A model generated the notes under the pieces. The model was not told where the DNA came from, did no database searches, and saw only the letters and a program-made list of their open reading frames with translations. Of a stretch of DNA of 64,000 nt, positions 55,751 to 64,000 are shown one piece after another. Both the position numbers and the translations under genes were made by a program. Source of the stretch: a virus; IMG/VR virus record IMGVR_UViG_3300032331_002448, positions 20,150 through 84,149 of that record; one strand, 5' to 3'. Positions within the stretch are counted from its first letter, which is position 1. Each line of letters begins with the position of its first letter.

Positions 55751-58324
55751 GTGACAACTGCAACTCCAGATTTTGACGGCTCATCAAGTGCTCTTCTGCC
55801 AGGGCAGATTAATCTGGATTTGATTCCTGCTGATTTTCCTCTTACTGCATTACGCGATAAAAAAGCATATCTTCCTAACTGGCCCAACAGTCCCCTAACT
55901 CTTACAGAAATTAAGAAAGAGTTAGATTCTGGCCGGGCAACAGGTGTTGGTTTGATCTGCGGTCAGTTCAGCAATGAACTAGCGTTGATTATGGTTGATG
56001 TGGATGGCAAAGATGCTATTCCAGAAATTGAAGCGTTGGGCGGCGGTTCTATTGATGAAATTTTTCCTCCAACACTTGCAATTAGCAGCGGTAAAGAAGG
56101 GCGGTTTCGTTTATTGTTTAGGGTTCCTACCAGCAGAATCCAAGAGATTCCAGATAAAGCAACCTTACGGGTTGATAGTGCGCCATGGGAGATTCTTTGG
56201 CGGTCTCGTCAAGGTGCAATCATGGGATCTCATCCTGAGACTCCTGGTTATTTCACATTAGCTGGCCAGGGATTTGAGCACGTTAAAAAGTTGCCTGAAA
56301 TGCCTGAGTGGCTTTACAAAGCAATTGATAAAGCGTACCCAAACAATAAGTATCGGCGGCGCTCAAGCAACGAAATTACTGGTCACGTAACTCAAAACAT
56401 TACTCTTGCTTACGAAGAGGGTACTACATACCACAAAGAAGAAATTATTGCAGAAGCTCTGACTTACCTGCAACATATTGATCTTGCTAGAGCTGATGAT
56501 TATCACCAGTGGGTGACCATTGGCATGGCCCTGCATCAAATTGACAATGACCTTCTAGAGATTTGGACTGAGTGGTCAGAAGAGTCTGATGCTTATCAAG
56601 AAGGTTGTTGCGATGTTAAATGGGAAAGTTTTGAGCGCCTGCCAGGGGGACATTCACCTGAAGGTGGGCGTGGATTGCATACGTTGCGTGCAATTGCCAA
56701 AGAAGATGGTTACATTGAAGTCAGTGGGATTACTGTGCCAACACAAGAGGAGTTTGAGCGCCAGCTGGAAGAAGGTATTTATGACGATGTAATGCAGGAA
56801 GGTGACAGCAGTTACTGGAATCAAGTCACAAAGCTTGTTTCTTTAATTGATGAAGGTGGTGGCAACAATAAATCAGAAAAAAATGGTAAGCATCGCAATC
56901 CACCTGCTTCTGTCATTGCTGATTACCTATTTGATCGGTATCGCAGCAACCACTGGCGGTACGATCCACGGTTTGAAACTTGGTTGCAGTACGCAAAAGA
57001 ACGTGGTATCTGGTTGCGGCAGCCATACCGTGAACATTTCCTTCATGATGTTCAATTCTCACTGCATACCTTGCAGTTGCCTGGAGGATACACCTCAAAG
57101 CTGGTGTCAGATGTTGCCAACCTTCTTCGGCATGGTCTTATCTGCGATGAATGGGATGAGTATCCGTCCCGTTTAGCTTTCTCTAATGGTGTATTGGAGT
57201 TGGATACGGGTGAATTTCTTGAGCACTCACCAGAAAACTACATTACTTGGGGGATCAATTTTGATTACATCCCCAGTGCTGAGCCAGGTCCTATCACAGA
57301 TTGGTTGTACAGGACGCAGTACAACGATGATGCCAGGGTTCAAGTGCTGCGGGCATGGCTCCGTGCTTGTTTAGTTGGTAAAGGTCATGAGCTGCAGCGT
57401 TTTCTTGAATTGATTGGCCCTGGTGGTCGAGGCAAGTCCACCTTTGCCAACCTTTGTTGTGCTTTGGTTGGCTTAGGGAATTACGCCAGCACAACACTGA
57501 ACCAGCTGGAGCAAAGCAGGTTTGAGGTTGCTTCCATTAAAGGAAAACGGCTGACGCTGATCAATGACTCAGAACGTTATGGTGGTTCTGCTCAGATCTT
57601 TAAAGCGTTAACAGGTGGTGATAACCTGCGCTATGAAGAAAAGATGAAGAATATTGGTGAACCGTTTGTGTACACCGGAATGGTTATGGTGGTTGCTAAT
57701 GAACCAATTCAAACAACGGACAACACCAGTGGTCTTGGTCGTCGGCGCTTAACGGTTGAGTTTAATCGACGGCTGTATGACAAGAACAGTGACGCTAAGG
57801 ACATGATTAAGATTGATAATGGGGTTATTAGTGGTGTCTGGCGTAATTATTTACCTGGTTTAGTGAATTGGGTATTGCAGATGAGTGAGCTAGATATGCG
57901 CCGTTATCTTCTTGACACTCAAGAGCTTGTGCCAGCACTTAAGAAAGTCAGGAATACCATCCTGTTAAACAGTAACAACTTGATTGAATGGCTGCAATCT
58001 GAAGTTGTTGCTGATACAGATCATGTTTCTGCTGTAGGTAAGAAGATTCCTGCTAGTAAGGACACGCCAGAGCGGTACTGCAATAGCAACAGCCACCTGT
58101 ATCCCAGCTACTGCGCATACTGTGAAGACACTGGATCAAAGCCAGTGGGTCAAAAACGGTTTATTGCTTTGCTTCTTGATTGCTGCCGTAACCAGTTAGA
58201 GCTATCTAACGTGTTTGCATTCAGCAAAAACGGTCGTCCTTTTGTTAAAGGTCTAGCCGTGCGTAATAGTGATCAGAAGTTTAAGAATTACGCTACTATT
58301 CTTCCTGAAAAAGAAGAGAGTTAA
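55751..58324 (+). CDS. primase-polymerase / PriCT-2 / D5-like SF3 helicase fusion
   Basis: VDVDG, DDYHQWVTIGMAL, LAFSNGVL, Walker A GPGGRGKST, KALTGGD. Confidence 0.92.
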   Translation: MTTATPDFDGSSSALLPGQINLDLIPADFPLTALRDKKAYLPNWPNSPLTLTEIKKELDSGRATGVGLICGQFSNELALIMVDVDGKDAIPEIEALGGGSIDEIFPPTLAISSGKEGRFRLLFRVPTSRIQEIPDKATLRVDSAPWEILWRSRQGAIMGSHPETPGYFTLAGQGFEHVKKLPEMPEWLYKAIDKAYPNNKYRRRSSNEITGHVTQNITLAYEEGTTYHKEEIIAEALTYLQHIDLARADDYHQWVTIGMALHQIDNDLLEIWTEWSEESDAYQEGCCDVKWESFERLPGGHSPEGGRGLHTLRAIAKEDGYIEVSGITVPTQEEFERQLEEGIYDDVMQEGDSSYWNQVTKLVSLIDEGGGNNKSEKNGKHRNPPASVIADYLFDRYRSNHWRYDPRFETWLQYAKERGIWLRQPYREHFLHDVQFSLHTLQLPGGYTSKLVSDVANLLRHGLICDEWDEYPSRLAFSNGVLELDTGEFLEHSPENYITWGINFDYIPSAEPGPITDWLYRTQYNDDARVQVLRAWLRACLVGKGHELQRFLELIGPGGRGKSTFANLCCALVGLGNYASTTLNQLEQSRFEVASIKGKRLTLINDSERYGGSAQIFKALTGGDNLRYEEKMKNIGEPFVYTGMVMVVANEPIQTTDNTSGLGRRRLTVEFNRRLYDKNSDAKDMIKIDNGVISGVWRNYLPGLVNWVLQMSELDMRRYLLDTQELVPALKKVRNTILLNSNNLIEWLQSEVVADTDHVSAVGKKIPASKDTPERYCNSNSHLYPSYCAYCEDTGSKPVGQKRFIALLLDCCRNQLELSNVFAFSKNGRPFVKGLAVRNSDQKFKNYATILPEKEES

Positions 58325-58344
58325 GATCAACTCTTAACTATAGA

Positions 58345-59304
58345 TCACTCGTAAGTAATGTTGATGGTGCCAGCATCAAAGGTGTCAGAAGGAGTTCCTG
58401 TAGCACTGCCAATGACGCGAAGGCGGTCAAGAGTTCCACCTAAAGCAATGCTTCCTGATGTCACACCAGTTGCAGTGCTATCAGACCTGGCAAACACACC
58501 ACTAGCTACCCAGGTATTTCCTGTAAGTAAAGAAAGCGTAAGTGCACCATGGAAAATAGCGGTATTTACGTTGTGCAGGTTGCTTCCAAAACCTGTTGTA
58601 AAGTTCACAGCACCAACAGCACTGTTGCTTCCGGCACCTAAGTAACCACTTGTTACAAAAGAACCTGCACCCAATTGAACTTGCAAGCTATTGGAGCCGT
58701 TTGAGCTTACTCCCGTAAACATTACGGTAATGCGTTTTACCCAGGTTGGAATGCTCGTAAAGTCAATTGATGTACCACTGGTGCTGGCTTGCGCTGTTGC
58801 ACTGACAATCTTGTCGGCAAACTCAGTAGTACCTGCGGTAGCACCGTTCCTAAAAATTTGATAGGCAGTACCGTTGCTAAGCGGTAATGTAATTGTATTG
58901 TTGCCAGAAACTCCAGGAGGCGCAATTGTTGTCGTACCTGATGTTGCTCCTGTAAGAGTTAAAGAGGTAATTGTTCCTAACTTTGATTGGCCAACAGAAC
59001 CATCGGAAGGTGTTCCAATGTTAATGGCTTGGCCAATTGCAATAATGAAACAAGTTAAACCTGAAGCAGGTGCAGTTGTAAAAGTAATCTGGCTGCCGCT
59101 AACTGTATAATCAATGCCAGGATTCTGAGTTACGCCACCAAGGCGGACAAATAAAGCATTGACAGTGCCCGGCGTAAAGTAATTGGTTACGCCGCCAGGT
59201 GGAATGGCAAGTTGGAACGTTGTTGTAACGCCATCAAATCCTGACGTAATGTTATTTAATTTTGTGACAAGCCCTACTGTTGGGCTAGTTCCAAGGTAGG
59301 GCAC
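58345..59304 (-). CDS. tail fibre/spike-like protein
   Basis: Thr/Gly/Ser-rich; FDGVTTTFQL and YTVSGSQITFTTAP. Confidence 0.7.
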   Translation of the reverse strand: MPYLGTSPTVGLVTKLNNITSGFDGVTTTFQLAIPPGGVTNYFTPGTVNALFVRLGGVTQNPGIDYTVSGSQITFTTAPASGLTCFIIAIGQAINIGTPSDGSVGQSKLGTITSLTLTGATSGTTTIAPPGVSGNNTITLPLSNGTAYQIFRNGATAGTTEFADKIVSATAQASTSGTSIDFTSIPTWVKRITVMFTGVSSNGSNSLQVQLGAGSFVTSGYLGAGSNSAVGAVNFTTGFGSNLHNVNTAIFHGALTLSLLTGNTWVASGVFARSDSTATGVTSGSIALGGTLDRLRVIGSATGTPSDTFDAGTINITYE

Positions 59305-59377
59305 TGTTTACTTCCTTAATCCAATCATTCTAGACTGAGTAACTATTTAGTGGTTGTAATAACTAATAGCACCACTA

Positions 59378-59644
59378 TTAAAGTAGTCCTTCTTGGACTG
59401 GTAAGCTGGCTTGATAAGCTGCAATAACGTTAGATGTCCACAATGCAGCAGCAATTGCTTGCAGCTCAGGGCAATCATCACTTACATCATCACCAGGGAC
59501 ACGGACATGACGATGGTAGGTTTTGCCAACCTCTACACCATCACGTTCAACAATGTCAGCACGGCGGCATTGAAGAATAGAGTAAGGTGGGATAACTTCG
59601 ATCTGATGTTCAGAACGCTCGGTGAACTTAGCCATTAGGGTCAA
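59378..59644 (-). CDS. small fibre-associated protein
   Basis: Lies between fibre genes; IVERDGVEVGKTYHRHV. Confidence 0.6.
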   Translation of the reverse strand: MTLMAKFTERSEHQIEVIPPYSILQCRRADIVERDGVEVGKTYHRHVRVPGDDVSDDCPELQAIAAALWTSNVIAAYQASLPVQEGLL

Positions 59645-59696
59645 CCTCCGGTTGAGACAGGTTTAGGCCGTAGTTTTGAGCCTTTGCGGGCTAATG

Positions 59697-60320
59697 TCAA
59701 ACAAAATAAGTTAAAGAAACGGTAAATGAATAATCGTCTTGAAAATAACCTGCAATATTTTCTGTTCTAATGCCATTATCAAATGTGGCTAGTTTTATAG
59801 TGGCAGTGTTGGGTTGTACGTATCCCATAAGAAGAGTTGCGGTATCCATATAATAAACATAAAATGACGCTGAAGCTTGGTTGCTTGAGCTGTTGTTTGC
59901 AGTAAAAGGAAGGCCTGTTATTTGCAAAGTTCCTGCAGGTGAGCTTGCGACTAAAATATTAAGATAGCCAGTTACTGTAACAACTCTGCCAACTTTTGTG
60001 TATAAAAGTTTATCGTAACCTGAAGTAAGCGTTAGTGAACCACTGCCACAAACCAATGATACAGTTGCAATGCCTTCTTCGTAATCGTCCAGTGTATTTG
60101 CATCAGTACAGGCCACCTGCGTAGCTGGGAACGTGATGCCGTTGGAGACTTGCAGTTTGCCGCCATTAGCCGTGGTGGTTGTTTTACCAATTAAAAGGTC
60201 GCCTGCGCTGGTAATTCGTGCACGTTCTAAACTATTGGTACTAGCTAAAATAACATTGCTGCTAAAAGTAAAACCTGTACTTGCGTCAGCACCTACAAGT
60301 TGTGCAATAGTCTGGCTCAT
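59697..60320 (-). CDS. tail fibre-like protein
   Basis: ERARITSAG, DANTLDDYEEG, YTKVGRVVTV and ITGLPF motifs. Confidence 0.75.
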   Translation of the reverse strand: MSQTIAQLVGADASTGFTFSSNVILASTNSLERARITSAGDLLIGKTTTTANGGKLQVSNGITFPATQVACTDANTLDDYEEGIATVSLVCGSGSLTLTSGYDKLLYTKVGRVVTVTGYLNILVASSPAGTLQITGLPFTANNSSSNQASASFYVYYMDTATLLMGYVQPNTATIKLATFDNGIRTENIAGYFQDDYSFTVSLTYFV

Positions 60321-60499
60321 TTCTTTTCTTGCTTACTATCTATTGTACAAGTGCAAGTTTTACAGGCGTTGCATTTTTTTGCCCAAGTTTTGTCGCCAGG
60401 GATAACTTCTGTTCCATATTCAAAGTCATCATAATCTTGTTGGTTACGCAAGCGTTTTGCTAACTCAGCAGCCCACTTGCGTACAAGGTGTGTAGGCAT
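60317..60499 (-). CDS. small hypothetical protein
   Basis: ORF track; operon packing. Confidence 0.5.
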   Translation of the reverse strand: MPTHLVRKWAAELAKRLRNQQDYDDFEYGTEVIPGDKTWAKKCNACKTCTCTIDSKQEKK

Positions 60500-60511
60500 T
60501 GTAAAGAAATG

Positions 60512-61456
60512 TTACTTGAACAGTGCGGAGGGAGCGTTCATCATTGCGTTGGCGTCATAACCAGGGAAGTTATAACTGCCAGGATTCAATGAACCAAGTT
60601 TGAACCTGTTGATAAAATCTTGAGACCGTTGAGCGGCACTAGTTTCTTCAGTACCTTTTTGTGCTTGCATTGCAGTTCCAAACTGTTGCATCCGTTGTTG
60701 CGTTGCAGGATCTGCTGCAGGAGCAAAGCCACCCATTGTTCCTGATGGTTCAAAGTAACGGCCTTCTGCTCGTGCCTTAGCCATTGCTTCATCTGTTACA
60801 TCCTCAGATGTCCTGCCAGGTCCAGATGTTGGCATTCCTTTCCAAAGTTCCTCAATAGAAGGGACACCTCCACGAGCCTGCATCAATGGATTGTAGGTGC
60901 CAACAGCGCCGCCTGGCTTGGCAAGATCAGGGTGGAGTTTGGCCCACAGGTCTCGGCCAGCTTGATCAGCTTGAGTAGCTGCAGCGGGCATAGGACCACT
61001 GCCAGGCTGGAATCCTTTGAGGGCACCAGCAGCAGTTTTTTGTAATGCTTGCCAGTTACCAAGTTGAGCGCGGTACTCATCAGAGATACCATCACTTGCA
61101 CTACCACGTTGAACAATGGTATTGGGGCTAGTAGACGGATAATTCTTAGAAGAAGATTGTTCGGGAAACGTATTGCTATCTGTTGATCGAGTTTCAGGGA
61201 GACGTGTAGGAAGTCCTGGCCTTAAAATTTGCCCAGGAAATCTATTGCGATCTGTTGATTGAGTTTTAGAACGACGTGGTGGTGGCGATGGCATAGCATC
61301 CTTTAACCACATTCCTGGTCCCGTAAAAGGATTTGTGTAAAGCGGATTTGCAAACCGAGGATCAAATAAACTTGCTGCACCTGCAATACTATTTGCTGTT
61401 GCAATTCCAAGTTCAGCCCAAGGAATGCCAATTTCTTCAGCCATTTTTACTAACAA
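60512..61456 (-). CDS. Pro/Gly/Ala-rich hypothetical protein
   Basis: ORF track. Confidence 0.6.
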   Translation of the reverse strand: MLVKMAEEIGIPWAELGIATANSIAGAASLFDPRFANPLYTNPFTGPGMWLKDAMPSPPPRRSKTQSTDRNRFPGQILRPGLPTRLPETRSTDSNTFPEQSSSKNYPSTSPNTIVQRGSASDGISDEYRAQLGNWQALQKTAAGALKGFQPGSGPMPAAATQADQAGRDLWAKLHPDLAKPGGAVGTYNPLMQARGGVPSIEELWKGMPTSGPGRTSEDVTDEAMAKARAEGRYFEPSGTMGGFAPAADPATQQRMQQFGTAMQAQKGTEETSAAQRSQDFINRFKLGSLNPGSYNFPGYDANAMMNAPSALFK

Positions 61457-61826
61457 CAGTTCCTTTATCTACAATAGTAACACCGGCAAATAAATCTGTT
61501 ATGGACGTTATACAGACCTTTCCAAACGGTACAACAATTGAATTTGGTGACGATTCTCATGGCCACCATGTACACCGGATCTGCAATCCTGGAGGTTCTA
61601 TTTGCAAATACGCAGAACCTTACCACTGCGCATTAACTTATGCCGACTATTTTGAGGAGTATTACATGCCAGGAGGAGAGAAAACTGCAGAGAGTTAATT
61701 AGAAGTTTTTAGGGGTGCAGATGAGTCTTGAATGAGACTGATTGAGATCCCTTGGTGTGGCTGGAGTTTGAGTACAGGAATTTTTTGCAGCTTAAAATTC
61801 TCAAAAATTCGAGCTGCTATTTACCC

Positions 61827-61912
61827 CCTATAGAGGAAATAGGGATAGTAACTGCCTGTCAAATACATTTGTACTGTTGCACGCAGTCACTATCCCTACT
61901 TCTTTCTATAGG
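61827..61912. repeat. long imperfect inverted repeat in a non-coding gap
   Basis: CCTATAGAGGAAATAGGGATAGTAACTGC ... GCAGTCACTATCCCTACTTCTTTCTATAGG. Confidence 0.75.
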
Positions 61913-62035
61913 AATAAAATAAAAGAGCGATTTTTTCCGAAAACTGTTGTGTCCAAGATTCCCCCTGGCGCAAATACCCATAAAGACTGGTGGTTGCGGT
62001 AGACTGTCCCAGTAGTCCCCTAACAGGCAAGGGCT

Positions 62036-62629
62036 TTGGATTTTTTGAGCTTCTACCAGCTGGAGGGTTTAGGGAACACTGACGCTGCTGTGGTCGCCAG
62101 TGTCTTCAAAATGTTCCTTAAAAACTTAGGATTTGGTTACTGCTGGTCTGTTAAAGACCTAAACCATGCAGCTTTCAAGCACTTCACCACTTCTTCTCCC
62201 GTCTGCACGCGCTACAAAGGCCGTGACGCTCGCCTGCTCTTCCTGGCGCTAGTAGACCAGTTCCCGCCACTGCAGACCGTACAGGTGCCAGGAGGCGGCA
62301 CTGTTGTTGTCCGTGAAGGCGCTGCGGTTGAAGGACCACAGGGGGTTGTGTTTGCGCCTAAAAGCAACACGGTGTTGGTCCGCAAATCTGTTTGCCGTTC
62401 ACGGCATTGCCTTAACCCTTCTCACTATTACTTTGGTACTGCAACTGATGTTGCTTTAGAGCGCAACCAAAAGAAAGGGAGTAAGCTAACAACAAAATTA
62501 ATGGATGAGATTAAAAATCTTCATCAACAAGACAATAAAAAATGGAGCTATAGTGCATTAGCTAAGCAGTATCAACTTCCTTATTACACTGTTCGCCGTC
62601 TTTGCGTAGGAGCTACTTACAATGCCTGA
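62036..62629 (+). CDS. divergent His-Cys/HNH-like protein with C-terminal HTH
   Basis: CRSRHCLNPSH; SKLT...LAKQYQL. Confidence 0.6.
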   Translation: MDFLSFYQLEGLGNTDAAVVASVFKMFLKNLGFGYCWSVKDLNHAAFKHFTTSSPVCTRYKGRDARLLFLALVDQFPPLQTVQVPGGGTVVVREGAAVEGPQGVVFAPKSNTVLVRKSVCRSRHCLNPSHYYFGTATDVALERNQKKGSKLTTKLMDEIKNLHQQDNKKWSYSALAKQYQLPYYTVRRLCVGATYNA

Positions 62630-63218
62630 AGTCCTAACTGCTACATTTGAAAAAAATCTTAAGCTTGTTGAGAAAGAATTTCAACAAGAAATTGAATTGT
62701 TTGAGCAACACGTTAAAGATGTTCCTGAAACTACCTGTCCTTGGCATCGGTTAGGAGCACCAGGGCACAAAGGAAACTTTGGCTTAATGAATGAGTGCTT
62801 GGACTGCATGGCAGAAATCCATAGAGGCAGATGTGAAGTAAATGTAAAGAATTTTAAATTTGATCTTTACTGGATCATTAAAAGTTTCTGGGAGAAAGTT
62901 GATATTAAAGATGAGAATGAATGTTGGTTATGGACTGGCGCCACGAAGAAAAAAGAATCAGAAACGGTTGCGTACATGCCAAGTCCGTTCCATTCTGCAA
63001 AAACTCAGTCAGCTGCTCGCGTTTCTTTCTGGTTGAGCAGGGGCTACACCGGTCGATACCGCGTAACGCACAGCAAGGGTTGCCATGCTTTGTGCTGTAA
63101 CCCGCTGCACCTCCACCTGAAGGGGCTAGAATTGGAAACCCCGCCAGCAGGAATCAGTGTCGTCAACCTGTCCTATGGAAAAATCTTCTCAGAAAAAAGT
63201 AACGTCGAAACAGTATGA
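62622..63218 (+). CDS. divergent His-Cys/HNH-like protein
   Basis: FWEKVD...CWLWTGA...CCNPLHL. Confidence 0.65.
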   Translation: MPEVLTATFEKNLKLVEKEFQQEIELFEQHVKDVPETTCPWHRLGAPGHKGNFGLMNECLDCMAEIHRGRCEVNVKNFKFDLYWIIKSFWEKVDIKDENECWLWTGATKKKESETVAYMPSPFHSAKTQSAARVSFWLSRGYTGRYRVTHSKGCHALCCNPLHLHLKGLELETPPAGISVVNLSYGKIFSEKSNVETV

Positions 63219-63513
63219 CGTTCTGCCTACTGCATACCATGTTCTGAACCCTGAGTATGAAGTATGGATTCGTATTGGCGTTGAAAATTACTGGTCAGAA
63301 AAAACTTACCCAACAAAAAAAGAAGCTTGGGTTAGGTTGGAAGAAATAAAACAGGAATTAGCTTACGATCTGATTCCAACAGTTCAAGATGAAGGCTATT
63401 TTCCTGAGCGTGCTAAACTTATTAGAGAAAAGTACGAAGCCAGTGGACGGACTAACGGTCTTTACTCTGGTTTAAACATGGAAGATGGGCAGGTATCTAA
63501 CAACCTTACCTGA
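63157..63513 (+). CDS. hypothetical protein
   Basis: ORF track. Confidence 0.5.
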   Translation: MSSTCPMEKSSQKKVTSKQYDVLPTAYHVLNPEYEVWIRIGVENYWSEKTYPTKKEAWVRLEEIKQELAYDLIPTVQDEGYFPERAKLIREKYEASGRTNGLYSGLNMEDGQVSNNLT

Positions 63514-64000
63514 AAACTTTGGTTTCTATAACTTAGGAACAGTTGAAGCTTATCCGACTGGCGGGACCGGGCCTACGGCTTATGGTCCTACCAGTTACTT
63601 TGGTAGTGATCCTCAGCCTGCAAGGCCAGGAGATAACTTTAATAATGCAATTAATCTAGGCAACTTTGATGCAGCATTCAAAACAACAAGGCTGCAGAAC
63701 ACCCACGGTGGCAACACAAGAATCCAGTCAACATTTTATTCATTTACGTTGACAGTGCCAAGGGCTGTACAGTTTGTGCAGAACTTTAGTCAGTTTGCGT
63801 ACACTTCTAATACAAACAGAAACACAATTATTTCCTGTTACATCATTCAAGACGGTTCGTTTAGGCGTGAACTACCAGTCAACAATGATGGATTTGTTTG
63901 CAACCAAGCTGGAATTAATTACGACGAAGGCGATGAGTCCTCAACGGACGATTATCCAACAACGCAGTTAAAACCTGGCACATACAGCATTTTAATCACA
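63485..64000 (+). CDS. partial hypothetical (probably structural) protein, truncated by the window end
   Basis: Open frame MGRYLTTLPENFGFYNLG... for 172 codons. Confidence 0.65.
   Translation, partial: MGRYLTTLPENFGFYNLGTVEAYPTGGTGPTAYGPTSYFGSDPQPARPGDNFNNAINLGNFDAAFKTTRLQNTHGGNTRIQSTFYSFTLTVPRAVQFVQNFSQFAYTSNTNRNTIISCYIIQDGSFRRELPVNNDGFVCNQAGINYDEGDESSTDDYPTTQLKPGTYSILIT

Noticed and set aside
1-64000. Photosynthesis genes, purZ/DNA-modification cluster, integrase, reverse transcriptase, alternative genetic code
   Set aside because: None recognisable; core genes are intact in the standard code

Overview
A 64-kb piece of a dsDNA phage genome, most likely a freshwater cyanophage (inferred from gene content; no database search was possible). 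Positions 1-21.9 kb (minus strand) hold the virion and packaging module: TerS, TerL, portal, probable scaffold, major capsid protein, muralytic enzymes and Ala/Gln-rich probable ejection proteins. No sheath, tube or tape-measure gene is recognisable in this window. Positions 22-40 kb (plus strand) are a dense early region of small ORFs plus SSB, lysozyme, an ArdC-like protein and ThyX. Positions 41-58 kb carry replication and nucleotide genes (family A polymerase, dCMP deaminase, SSB-like protein, exonuclease, primase-helicase, SpeD), followed by fibre-like genes. The most striking unexplained signal is non-coding. At 22.3-24.6 kb every small gene is separated from the next by modular structured-RNA elements: two complete type II hammerhead ribozymes, five tRNA-like three-way junctions and seven H-type pseudoknots with compensatory base changes. 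Further pseudoknot families and RNase III-like stems continue downstream. A separate ~270-nt multi-pseudoknot RNA ending in a minimal tRNA-like domain lies at 49.1-49.4 kb. All RNA structures were paired by eye and need covariance-model and experimental checks.
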